From an uncultured Chloroflexia bacterium (GTDB lineage Bacteria > Chloroflexota > Anaerolineae > Anaerolineales > UBA4823), in contig CAVZEP010000033.1 in assembly GCA_963774275.1 (NCBI GenBank), positions 99,954-123,953 on the forward strand: a stretch of DNA of 24,000 nt, given 5' to 3'. How positions within the stretch are numbered: the first letter of the stretch is position 1; each line of letters begins with the position of its first letter. The position numbers were made by a program, and so were the translations under genes. Below are positions 1 through 8,242 of this stretch, one piece after another. The notes beneath the pieces were generated by a model. It was given only the letters and a program-made list of their open reading frames with translations, had not been told where the DNA came from and searched no databases.

Positions 1-1115
1 CAGCCAAAGGAGATGTGGAATTGGGCAAGAAGATCATGCAGTGCTTCGACCCGGACAAAATCCCTGCCCTGACCACGCTTGCCCGAGAGTTTGTATTATG
101 CGACCATTGGCACTCCTCGGTTCCCGGTCCTACATGGTTGAACCGTTTTTTCGCCCACGCTGGTACGTCCGACGGTGTGAGCCGTGACGACCCGAAGCAT
201 CTGTACAAGATGAAAACCATCTTCGACACTCTCTACGAAAACGGTGTTACGTGGAATGTGTACTATGGGGATATTCCTCAATGCATCCTCTTGCAACATT
301 CGGGCGACAGGTTGGGTCATTTCAAGAGTTTCCACAAGTTCTATGATGATTTGGCGAATGGGGAGCTGGCTGCTTACACCTTCATCGAGCCGCGCTTCAT
401 CGACTTTCACCAGTGGAAAGCCACCGATCAGCACCCGCCTCACGATGTAAAGCTGGGCGAATACCTGATTGCCGAGGTATACGATTCACTGCGCCTCAGC
501 CAGTACTGGGAAAAGAGCTTGTTGGTGGTGCTGTACGACGAGCATGGTGGATTCTTCGACCGTGTGCCCCCACCCGATAATGTGCCCAATCCAGATGGGA
601 AAGTCGCAGTCGATCCGCCTTTCGATTTCACACGACTGGGAGTGCGCGTCCCAGCCGTTCTGGTTTCCCCCTGGGTGGAAAGAGGTCAGATCGATTCGAC
701 GCTTTATGAGCATGCCTCGCTGCCGGCTACCGTACGGACAATTTTTGGTCTTCCCGAACCCCTGACCGCCCGCGACCGGGTGGCGAACACGTTCGAAAAA
801 AACCTGATCCGGAGCACACCCCGCGCTGATGCACCCCTAACGCTACCAGTACCAGGCGATCCAGATGAGAGTCAACACCACCGCAAACTGCTGCATGCCA
901 ATGCCCTGGAACAGTGGCTCCGCGGGTTGGTAGACTATAGACAGAAGTCGCAGGCACCACTGACTTTGTACCAACAGTCGTTGGTGGAGCTGGCGGACAG
1001 GCTCAACGAACAAGCCAAGGCCGGTGTGGAGCCACGCGCAGGCAAGATCCTCCTCGAGCACGAAGCTGCTGTCCACGTCCATGAAAGTCTGCGGCGATTC
1101 CTGGCTGACAGATAA
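1..1115 (+). CDS. Phosphoesterase family protein (phospholipase C / AcpA-like acid phosphatase), 5'-truncated by the window edge
   Basis: The frame is open from base 3; the track 'M' at 15 is a GTG inside the open frame. Motifs typical of the PF04185 phosphoesterase family: CDHWHSSVPGPTWLNRFFAHAGTSDG, YTFIEPRF, DQHPPHDV, VVLYDEHGGFFDRVPPP, GVRVPAVLVSPW. Confidence 0.8.
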   Translation, partial: AKGDVELGKKIMQCFDPDKIPALTTLAREFVLCDHWHSSVPGPTWLNRFFAHAGTSDGVSRDDPKHLYKMKTIFDTLYENGVTWNVYYGDIPQCILLQHSGDRLGHFKSFHKFYDDLANGELAAYTFIEPRFIDFHQWKATDQHPPHDVKLGEYLIAEVYDSLRLSQYWEKSLLVVLYDEHGGFFDRVPPPDNVPNPDGKVAVDPPFDFTRLGVRVPAVLVSPWVERGQIDSTLYEHASLPATVRTIFGLPEPLTARDRVANTFEKNLIRSTPRADAPLTLPVPGDPDESQHHRKLLHANALEQWLRGLVDYRQKSQAPLTLYQQSLVELADRLNEQAKAGVEPRAGKILLEHEAAVHVHESLRRFLADR

Positions 1116-1263
1116 AGACGAACCTCACTGGTTTGCGAATCATGTGAGATCCGCCGGTCAATAGTCCTTGAGGAGACCAGTTTTGAAAGATAAATCCAGG
1201 GAGAGAATGGATACGTAGTCTAAATAAATACTATATATATCGACCGAAAAAAAAGGAGAGATT

Positions 1264-1746
1264 ATGACCGACATTCCTGAGCTTACCGTCGGATCGCTGG
1301 CACCCGCTTTCAGTCTCCCTGCCAGTAATGGGACAGAAATATTGCTGGCAGATTTCCGTTCTAAGAATAATGTATATTTGTTCTTCGTGCGTGAATACAT
1401 CTGAATGCAGTGTCGAAGCCATGCTGCCCAGTTGGGGCGGCTGTATAAAGATTTTCAGGCTGAGAACTGTGAGATCCTTCTCATCCTGGGAGAACCCGTC
1501 GAAAAAGCCAGGCATTATGCTGAGATTCTGCATTTACCATTTCCAGTCCTGGCGGACCCTGCGCGGGATGTCTATCACCAATATGGACTGGAGAAAGCCA
1601 TGCTTTTCATTCAGCGCACCGCCTCCATTGTTATTGATCGCTCCGGGGTGATCCGCTACATAAAAAGTGTTACCAATCCCATGGTCTGGTTGCAGGAAAG
1701 CCAGGAGCTGTTGAGTTTCGTCAAGTCCATGCCAAAGGATGGCTGA
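1264..1746 (+). CDS. Peroxiredoxin-like (AhpC/TSA / redoxin fold) thiol-disulfide oxidoreductase with an in-frame TGA read as selenocysteine (UxxC motif)
   Basis: ATG at 1264 lies 5 nt after GGAG (1255-1258). 46 sense codons (MTDIPELTVGSLAPAFSLPASNGTEILLADFRSKNNVYLFFVREYI) run into TGA 1402-1404. This is the same frame as track ORF 1405-1746 (MQCRSHAAQLGRLYKDF...). Joined, the sequence reads ...LFFVREYI-U-MQC-RSH, with the TGA where the first Cys of the F-x-R-x-x-x-C-x-x-C redoxin motif normally sits. A SECIS-like hairpin follows. Confidence 0.72.
1420..1443 (+). promoter_or_regulatory. Putative bacterial SECIS hairpin
   Basis: Stem GCUGCCC (1423-1429) pairs with GGGCGGC (1435-1441), 7 bp including one U-G pair. 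The apical loop is AGUUG (1430-1434) and contains GU. Extension is possible via C1420-G1443 and A1421-U1442 with U1422 bulged. The stem starts 18 nt after the UGA and the loop 25 nt after it, within the spacing usually quoted for bacterial SECIS elements. Confidence 0.55.
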
Positions 1747-2127
1747 TTAACCTGGTTTATTTCCTCCCCTGAATGCGGCGAAGGGTTGCCATGAATTGTT
1801 AGATTATCATCCCTGGTCTGCGAGTTATTCAGCCTGACGGAAGACAAATATCAAGCTTGTAGGATGCAAGGGGAGGGCATAATGCAACCTTCCTTGGTTG
1901 CGCGTGACCCGCCCACCGAACCGTCCTCTGTTCCTTTCATGTCACGGAAGGCGTAGGCCGACCTTGTGCTCTTCACCGGTTCGGTTTCAACCGCCTCGAT
2001 TAAAGTTCCTGTTAATAAGAATAGACACGCTCGTTGCCAATATTTACCTATGGGAATAATCCACTATGGCAATAAACCAACTATAATATAACGCCAGCCT
2101 GCGTAGTTTAGCTACTAACCACAACCC

Positions 2128-2907
2128 ATGACTTCAAAAAAAGGACAGAAAATGAACAAATCGACCATAGAAATTGGCAGATTGCTGAGTGCGATTTTAT
2201 TGATCATGATCTTCGCCACAGCCTGTGGCTCGAAATTGTCCTCTGCCCTTGTCCCTTCTCAAACGCCTATTCCCGCGACCATCACCCAAAATCTGCCAAC
2301 CACAACCCCAATTCTTCTTGCTTCAACCCCCACTCCCTCACCTGCTCTGCAACCCTATGATTACTTGCTAACCGAGGATGAGCTGCCGGTAGATTTATAT
2401 ATGTCCTTCATGCATGCGTTTCTACAAACAGATGGCAGCATCTTATACGGCTTTACGTTTTTTAACCCCGATGTTGGCAGGATGAATAACAGTATTACTG
2501 TCGCTGCCCAGCCTTATGATCAGCTGCCTGGTCAATATATCGTTGCGAGTACGGGGATGGAAGACCCATTGATAGGGGAAAATTCACTCGCCTATATTGA
2601 TAATGGGCAATTGACCTACTTATTCTTTAAAGGGAATGCCCTTATCCAGCTGAGCGGTTATTTGTCCGATTCTGAAATTGCAAAACGCGGTGATCTGACT
2701 TTGGAAGAGTTTATTAACCTTGGAAAAGTTATCGAAGCACGCCTTCCGGATGCGATTACGTTTTTGCCTATCACGTGTACTTCGGTGGGTCGTCTTTCTT
2801 CATTTCCACCTCCAACCCAAAAGGTATTTGTTGTGATTTGTTTTTTTCCACAAACGAACCTACTGGAAAACCTGGCGACACTCGCCCTTGTTCATCTCTC
2901 TCTGTAA
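2128..2907 (+). CDS. Hypothetical lipoprotein
   Basis: Signal peptide with a lipobox-like LIMIFATA-C-GS, then a Pro/Thr-rich linker. The more likely start is ATG 2152 (MNKSTIEIG...), preceded by AGGA. The C-terminal ~50 aa are low-complexity, so the 3' end is uncertain. I recognise no family. Confidence 0.5.
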   Translation: MTSKKGQKMNKSTIEIGRLLSAILLIMIFATACGSKLSSALVPSQTPIPATITQNLPTTTPILLASTPTPSPALQPYDYLLTEDELPVDLYMSFMHAFLQTDGSILYGFTFFNPDVGRMNNSITVAAQPYDQLPGQYIVASTGMEDPLIGENSLAYIDNGQLTYLFFKGNALIQLSGYLSDSEIAKRGDLTLEEFINLGKVIEARLPDAITFLPITCTSVGRLSSFPPPTQKVFVVICFFPQTNLLENLATLALVHLSL

Positions 2908-3072
2908 CCATGTTGGCTCTTCCCGCCTTCATCCGTACAAATCCCCAATCCTGCCTTCTTCTACCAACCACCATTGTGCCTCCGGAAATATCCAATCCAT
3001 TCATACAAACCCTTTCGCTAATCTGAGGCAATTTTGCCTCTTTGCTTCTCCTTCATTCTCTTCTAAAATACC

Positions 3073-3777
3073 ATGGTAGCGTATTCCCTGTTACCTTTTC
3101 GGGAGGTGCAACGACATATGATTGGTATCACAGCGCAACAGTTCATGTGTAGGATACGTATGCTCAAACTCACCACACTATCTCTGTTCTTGACCTTTTT
3201 TAGCGCTCATCTAAATGGCAAAGCTGCTGACAGCTCAGTCACGAACGATGTTGAGCTGGCACGCCAAGCCGCTGGTAGTCCAGATGCCTTCACCGAGTTA
3301 TATCATCGCTATCTCCCCGGTATCTATCGCTACCACCTGGCGCGCACGGGTCACGTTCAGGAAGCTGAAGATCTGACTGCCCAAACCTTCCTCACTGCTC
3401 TGGAATCTATCCGGAGTTTCCGTGGGCAAGGCAGCTTTTCTTCCTGGCTGTTTGGTATTGCCAGCCACAAGCTGGTAGACCACTACCGCCGTAGCCGCAT
3501 TGAGCTACCCTTGGAAGAGGCGGAAACTCTGCACAGCCCCATCCCACTGCCAGAGGAAGCCACCCTGCAGCACCTGGAATTGGCACGCGTGGCGCAGGTG
3601 CTGCGCCTGATCAGTCCTGATCGGGCGGAAGCATTGGTACTCTGTCTATTTGGTGGATTGAGCCTGGCTGAGGCAGCCAAATCGGTGGGTAAGAGCGAGG
3701 CAGCAGTGAAGATGTTGGTTCATCGAGGCTTAAGTGACCTGCAGGAACGGTTAGCTGCACATCTGGAGGTGGCGTGA
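3073..3777 (+). CDS. ECF-type RNA polymerase sigma-70 family factor
   Basis: Region 2: FTELYHRYLPGIYRYHLARTGHVQEAEDLTAQTFLTALESIRSFRG...SWLFGIASHKLVDHYRR. Region 4 HTH: PDRAEALVLCLFGGLSLAEAAKSVGKSEAAVKMLVHRGLSDLQERL. The start is uncertain: ATG 3118 follows GGAGG, and ATG 3160 is also possible. The stop overlaps the next gene (GTGATGA). Confidence 0.85.
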   Translation: MVAYSLLPFREVQRHMIGITAQQFMCRIRMLKLTTLSLFLTFFSAHLNGKAADSSVTNDVELARQAAGSPDAFTELYHRYLPGIYRYHLARTGHVQEAEDLTAQTFLTALESIRSFRGQGSFSSWLFGIASHKLVDHYRRSRIELPLEEAETLHSPIPLPEEATLQHLELARVAQVLRLISPDRAEALVLCLFGGLSLAEAAKSVGKSEAAVKMLVHRGLSDLQERLAAHLEVA

Positions 3778-5624
3778 TGAACGAAAACCAAAAGCTTCCT
3801 TCGGCCAAAGAGCTTGCTGAGCTGTCCGCCTACTTAGCCGCCCGCGAGCGTGGGGTGCAGCCCGCAACCGACGCTCCTGGTTTTCCAGGCGGTCTTGCGG
3901 GGGCACTGCTCAAGTTGGCTGAAAGCACCGAGCCTGATCCTGATTTTGTTGCTCGGCTGGAGCGAGAGCTTCGCCAGGCAGCCAGGACAGGTGTGCACGC
4001 CTCCCGCACGAGTTGGCTGTCTGCGCTGTGGCAATCATTCTCCCTACCCGAAAGGAAAATTGCCATGAAACGCTTACTTACATTTGCAGTCGTCGGTATT
4101 ATCTTGTTCGTCGTATTGTGGGTGTCGATCCCATCTCTCTTCCCATCCTCCACCCAAACACAGGTGGCACTGGTTACCCCACCCACTCATACCCCCGCAC
4201 CCACACCCCTGTCGCCTCTCACCCCTACCGTGGTTCCGCCCACCTTGCCTTCACCGGTAGCGATCAACTTTACCCCTCAACCCATCCCCGTACAACCACC
4301 TGCTTTACCAGACCTGGTGAGTGCCCTTGGAGCAGGTTATGGAGGGTCGGGTGGAGGTAACCTGCCAGAAGGGTTGCCTCTCAGCCTGGCCACCCAGCTG
4401 CCTGCTGGTCCATCAGAGGTCACCGCTTATTACCGCCTGGAGAATACCCCACTGACCCTCGAAGAAGCCAGCCAGATTGCTGCTAAGTGGGGCCTGGAGC
4501 CAAAGTTGTATATGCCTGGCTGGATGCAGTCTATTTCACCTGACGAGATGGAGCGTAGCTACATCGCCGTGGATGGGATGCAGGCTCTCTCCATATGGAA
4601 CGGTGAGCTGTCTTACACGGACCTATCGATTTTTCCCATCTATGCTGGTCACCAATACCCGCAAATGGGTCTGCCCCCTTCAGACCAGGCAGCTGTGACT
4701 GCCACTCAATACCTGACCGAGCGCGGCATCCTGGATTACCCCTATATAGTTGACCTGAGTGGTTACGATTATGGATTGGTTAATTTCTACCGTCAGTTGG
4801 ACGACCTGACCATCAGTTTTCACGCCGCTTCGGTTAAGATCAATCCGCAAGGGCAGGTAGGCTCAGCCTGGGTCAGTCGGGAGCAGTACCAATCCGTTGG
4901 AACCTACCCGGTTTTGAGCGCCGAAAAAGCCTGGGACTTACTCGTCGCTGGGCAACCCAGTGATCAGCTGTCCATCTCATACTACCCGACTCAAGACGGC
5001 AACCCCCAGTATTGGGGTCGGGTATACCCGGTAGGTCAATCTGTTCACTTGTTTGGCTCTCCTACCTACTGGCTGTCAGCGGATACTGGGGCAATGCCCC
5101 ATGTGCAGCTGAATAACCTGGTGCTGGCAGGAGATGTGTCTGGTCTTATGGAATACCTCCAGGCGAACCCGGGCTATATCCACGCCTGGGGGGAGGTGCA
5201 GGACGTGGATGGCACTCGCCAGCTGCAGCTGGCAGGCTGGGAGCCTTTTGATGAATTCAGTGGCTACTTTGATGGCACCGTAGGGCGTACCGCTGAAGGT
5301 GACTTTCTTGAGCTGGGTGATGGAAGGCGATTGAGCCTGCCCAACCTGCCTGCCGATGTTCCAGACGGCATCCCACTCTACGCTGAAGGGGGACTGGTAG
5401 GTGATAGCCTGGAATGGTTCATCTTGCAGGTTCACACGTCTGATGAAGGGCAGATGCCACCCGACCTGAGCCAGGCTCAAGCGGTAATTGATAAGGTCGA
5501 GCTGGTTTACCTCGCCCCCGGTCTGAGCAACGTGTCCCCCGCATATGGCACTCGACCCGGCTTTCCGCATGCTGTTGCCTGCCTGGAGCTTCTCCGGACT
5601 GATTACCAATGTGGATGGAACTGA
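3774..5624 (+). CDS. Putative membrane-anchored anti-sigma factor with a large extracytoplasmic domain
   Basis: 4-nt start/stop overlap with the ECF sigma gene. ~100-aa cytoplasmic N-terminus, a single TM helix (LLTFAVVGIILFVVLWVSIPSLF), a Pro-rich linker and a ~430-aa external domain with no family I recognise. No ZAS HxxxCxxC motif. The call is by position and topology only. Confidence 0.5.
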   Translation: MMNENQKLPSAKELAELSAYLAARERGVQPATDAPGFPGGLAGALLKLAESTEPDPDFVARLERELRQAARTGVHASRTSWLSALWQSFSLPERKIAMKRLLTFAVVGIILFVVLWVSIPSLFPSSTQTQVALVTPPTHTPAPTPLSPLTPTVVPPTLPSPVAINFTPQPIPVQPPALPDLVSALGAGYGGSGGGNLPEGLPLSLATQLPAGPSEVTAYYRLENTPLTLEEASQIAAKWGLEPKLYMPGWMQSISPDEMERSYIAVDGMQALSIWNGELSYTDLSIFPIYAGHQYPQMGLPPSDQAAVTATQYLTERGILDYPYIVDLSGYDYGLVNFYRQLDDLTISFHAASVKINPQGQVGSAWVSREQYQSVGTYPVLSAEKAWDLLVAGQPSDQLSISYYPTQDGNPQYWGRVYPVGQSVHLFGSPTYWLSADTGAMPHVQLNNLVLAGDVSGLMEYLQANPGYIHAWGEVQDVDGTRQLQLAGWEPFDEFSGYFDGTVGRTAEGDFLELGDGRRLSLPNLPADVPDGIPLYAEGGLVGDSLEWFILQVHTSDEGQMPPDLSQAQAVIDKVELVYLAPGLSNVSPAYGTRPGFPHAVACLELLRTDYQCGWN

Positions 5625-5678
5625 TCTGGTCTACCGGGCTTACGTCCAGGCGGTCAGTAAATCCTTGATGATTGCAGG

Positions 5679-5709
5679 AGGGGCTGCCCTTACGTTTTGG
5701 GCAGCCCCT
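5679..5709. terminator. Bidirectional intrinsic terminator hairpin between convergent genes
   Basis: Perfect 11-bp stem AGGGGCTGCCC (5679-5689) / GGGCAGCCCCT (5699-5709) with a 9-nt loop. T-rich on the plus side downstream (TTGATTAATG). It lies between the + gene ending at 5624 and the - gene ending at 5781. Confidence 0.55.
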
Positions 5710-5780
5710 TGATTAATGAATGTCTATTACTGATGAGGATATGAAGTTCAAAAAAGCTTCCTTACACTCCACCCTCCGAT

Positions 5781-6551
5781 TCATGAAAGGGATTTACCGG
5801 GTATGGTCTTAGGCAGGAAGACTGTCCACAATAACATCACTGTGATCAAGCCGAATGTGATCCAGGTGGGTGTCGTAACTGCCCGTACGTCAGCGTGCTT
5901 GATGGCAATTCCGGCCAACGCCCACAGCAGAACCAGCGCATAAGCTATATCTCGCCGGGTAAAATTCATCAAGGCTGCGATCACCAACACGGCGATCAAA
6001 ATAATAGCCATCCAAATTTCCGGGGTTATCCCGATGCCGTCCCATTTCAAGTAATCGAGCACCGAAGTGATATTTGCCACCGTCGCGACTGTAATCCAAC
6101 CCAGGTAGATGCTGAAGGGCACGCGCGCTGCCCATTTCTCAATTGTTGATACCGAACTCCGTCCAATTCCAAGCCCCAGGTAGGTTGCGATCAGTGAGCC
6201 GAGCAGGATCAGCATGGCTACCACGGTCAACGGGAATTGCTCATAATGCCACAGGAAGATCCAGGCGATGTTCGCCAGTCCGCCCAGGGTGATCCACCAA
6301 CCCGTAGCACGCAAGCGGGGATTCTCTCGCTGGGAAGGTAAAACCTGGAAAATAGCGAAGGCAATCAGCCCAAGGTAGATTAAACCCCAGATGGAAAAAA
6401 CATACCCCGCCGGTACAAAATATACCCGGAAACGGTCAGAGATTTCCCCGGTATTCTGGCCGTTAATGGGTAAGGCATTGGCCAGTGTGTTTACCACAAT
6501 GGTAGCCGCTATGGTAAGGATTACAGAGATTTGTCGCAGGATATCTTTCAT
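5781..6551 (-). CDS. Tryptophan-rich multi-pass membrane protein, TspO/MBR-related (long form)
   Basis: ~7-8 predicted TM helices and 12 Trp. The N-terminal block NTLANALPINGQNTGEISDRFRVYFVPAGYVFSIWGLIYLGL resembles the long 'tryptophan-rich sensory protein' family as I remember it. RBS GGGAG upstream. The family call is from memory, not a search. Confidence 0.5.
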   Translation of the reverse strand: MKDILRQISVILTIAATIVVNTLANALPINGQNTGEISDRFRVYFVPAGYVFSIWGLIYLGLIAFAIFQVLPSQRENPRLRATGWWITLGGLANIAWIFLWHYEQFPLTVVAMLILLGSLIATYLGLGIGRSSVSTIEKWAARVPFSIYLGWITVATVANITSVLDYLKWDGIGITPEIWMAIILIAVLVIAALMNFTRRDIAYALVLLWALAGIAIKHADVRAVTTPTWITFGLITVMLLWTVFLPKTIPGKSLS

Positions 6552-6872
6552 GTTATTTACTCCCTATACTTTCTAAAACAGTGGATTTTCGATCATTCAA
6601 ACTTCCAGCCAAAGATAACAACCTCTTCATCTCTACCAAAGGGTTTCGAGATGAAAGTATTTTTGGTGGGTAAATATGGTGTGAATAAGTTGCATTTTTC
6701 CTCTTCGATTAGCCGTTCGATGCCAGTTTTCAGGATGATACGACCAATGATACAGCATTGTCGGACATTAATGGCTAGACCAAGCTTAACCCTACTCAAT
6801 TGACAAAAAAATTCAGCTACAAGAATTTTTCATGGGTTTATCTATAATCCGTCATGCATCAACCCAAACCAG

Positions 6873-8174
6873 TCATTCAGAAAGCAAATGTTTTGTAAGC
6901 CAATCCTGGATCACCGCACCCTCCTGTCCAAGATAACGTTCTACAGACTGGCGGTAAGATGAAAAATACTGTTTCACCCATCCGGTTGGGAGCCCATGAT
7001 TCTTAAGTAAGCCAATCAGCCAGGTGACCGCTGGATCTAAAAAAGAAATATCACCCAGTCTCAATGCAGAAGCAATGTATTGGCTGAGATTCATGTTGGC
7101 GACTTCCAAATAATTAGGCTCGATACCCTCATCTTGCATAGCAGAAAAGATATGTGCAATTATGAGTGCCTGATTCTTATTGAACTGCGCCAATGTTCGA
7201 GAATATTCGGGCGAGATTGGCTGAGTTTCCGGTAGGGAAGGAGACGTTACAACCAAGCGCTCGATGATCTGAGGAACCAGCATCAAGTCAGATCCCAGGT
7301 AATAACCAGAAATACACTTGGTGGCGGCAGGAATTTTTGTGAATATTCCACCTCCGAAAGCCATTGGAACACCTTGAGAGGCGATGTTTTCAGACATTGA
7401 GCGCAGGGAGGCTGCACTATTGAGTGTTTGAGCAGAAGAGAGGATTAATATTGGCGAGGTAGCTTGGATGGTGACATCCAGAGCATCGAGAGGCACACTG
7501 GCTCCCAGATAGATCATATCCCAACCACGCCTTCTAAGCAGGTAAGTAATCAACAGAAGGATGAAGTCGTGCGCCTCACCGGGTGGGCATGCAGCAAGGA
7601 TTCGCCCAGGTCGCGCAGGAGGTGTGGAAGAGATGGCAGACAGCAGGGTGTTGATCCTGCGCATGGCGATTGCGGAGGCAAAATGCTCCTGTTGAACGCT
7701 GATAGACCCGGTGTACCAGCCCTCTCCAATCTGTACCAGGCCTTTCCGCAGCACTTCCGTACAGACCGTCTCCGGGGATGCAATCGAGAAAGCCTGATCC
7801 AGTGTTTGGTTGGCAGCCTGGTCGTCAAAAACCAGGCAGGCAGCCAGCCATGCATCACGATGCTCATCGAGCATGGTTCCACCTGAGCCTGAGACCAGAA
7901 GGGGAGCATAGGTTGATTGTGCAGATTTAATTTGGCTTTTTGGCTGGCCCTTCCACATCTCTACTGCACTGCTGATGCTCAAGCCCTCTTTTTGCCTCTC
8001 GATCAGCCATTTGAGCATTTCGATATCCTGCCTGGAGTAAAGGCGATGACCACCGGGAGTCCGCTGTGGCTTGAGGAGCCCATAACGACGCTCCCATGCC
8101 CGTAAAGTTGCCGGGCTTAAACCTACTTCGTTAATTACCGCTTTCAGGTTATAGATGGGAGTATTGTCTGCCAT
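6873..8174 (-). CDS. litR: CarH/LitR-family light-responsive transcriptional regulator (MerR HTH + adenosylcobalamin-binding domain) with an extra ~124-aa C-terminal domain
   Basis: MerR HTH: YNLKAVINEVGLSPATLRAWERRYGLLKPQRTPGGHRLYSRQDIEMLKWL. Four-helix-bundle W-x9-E-H signature: GEGW(153)YTGSISVQQE(163)H(164)FAS. B12 lower-ligand motif: ACPPGE-A-H(202)DF...YLGASVPLDAL, with the H202 codon at 7569-7571. I chose start ATG 8174 (MADNTPIY). The track start 8279 would overlap the upstream gene by 37 nt and adds non-conserved residues. Confidence 0.85.
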   Translation of the reverse strand: MADNTPIYNLKAVINEVGLSPATLRAWERRYGLLKPQRTPGGHRLYSRQDIEMLKWLIERQKEGLSISSAVEMWKGQPKSQIKSAQSTYAPLLVSGSGGTMLDEHRDAWLAACLVFDDQAANQTLDQAFSIASPETVCTEVLRKGLVQIGEGWYTGSISVQQEHFASAIAMRRINTLLSAISSTPPARPGRILAACPPGEAHDFILLLITYLLRRRGWDMIYLGASVPLDALDVTIQATSPILILSSAQTLNSAASLRSMSENIASQGVPMAFGGGIFTKIPAATKCISGYYLGSDLMLVPQIIERLVVTSPSLPETQPISPEYSRTLAQFNKNQALIIAHIFSAMQDEGIEPNYLEVANMNLSQYIASALRLGDISFLDPAVTWLIGLLKNHGLPTGWVKQYFSSYRQSVERYLGQEGAVIQDWLTKHLLSE

Positions 8175-8242
8175 ATGGATGCCTATTTTGATAAAAAAAG
8201 TCTTTCCACAGCCCAATTCCGATGGATTACATTCCCGTGAGT

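Noticed and set aside
1850-2000. Possible tRNA-Sec (selC) or cobalamin riboswitch in the structured gap next to the selenoprotein gene.
   Set aside because: On either strand I found no cloverleaf with a UCA anticodon loop, no GGTTCGAATCC-type T-arm and no B12-box (GCCACTG-like core). It is kept only as an unassigned structured element.
2033-2088. Sigma70-like hexamers (TTGCCA at 2033, TATAAT at 2083) upstream of the lipoprotein gene.
   Set aside because: The spacing between them (~44 nt) is incompatible with a single promoter, and I found no properly spaced partner hexamers.
2770-3072. Possible frameshift or extra gene at the 3' end of the lipoprotein ORF (overlapping ORFs 2775-3026 and 2888-3079).
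   Set aside because: None of the three frames gives protein-like sequence here. The CT-rich tract looks like a low-complexity tail or intergenic DNA, and I saw no positive evidence for a shift.
5076-5609. Long antisense or shadow ORFs inside confirmed genes. Examples: 96-443, 727-960, 3830-4186, 5076-5609, 7464-7886, 7550-7909, 9391-9804, 12746-13039, 16815-17156, 16939-17310, 18338-18841, 19915-20265, 23121-23435.
   Set aside because: Each lies entirely within a longer ORF that has clear family motifs. Their translations are low-complexity (Arg/Pro/Ser/Gly-rich), as expected from alternative frames and the antisense strand of coding sequence in this ~50% GC window.
6593-6799. 68-aa minus-strand ORF between litR and the TspO-like gene (and the antisense 90-aa ORF 6531-6803).
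   Set aside because: It has a TTG start, no convincing RBS, no recognisable family and low-GC intergenic-like composition. I cannot support it as a gene from sequence alone.
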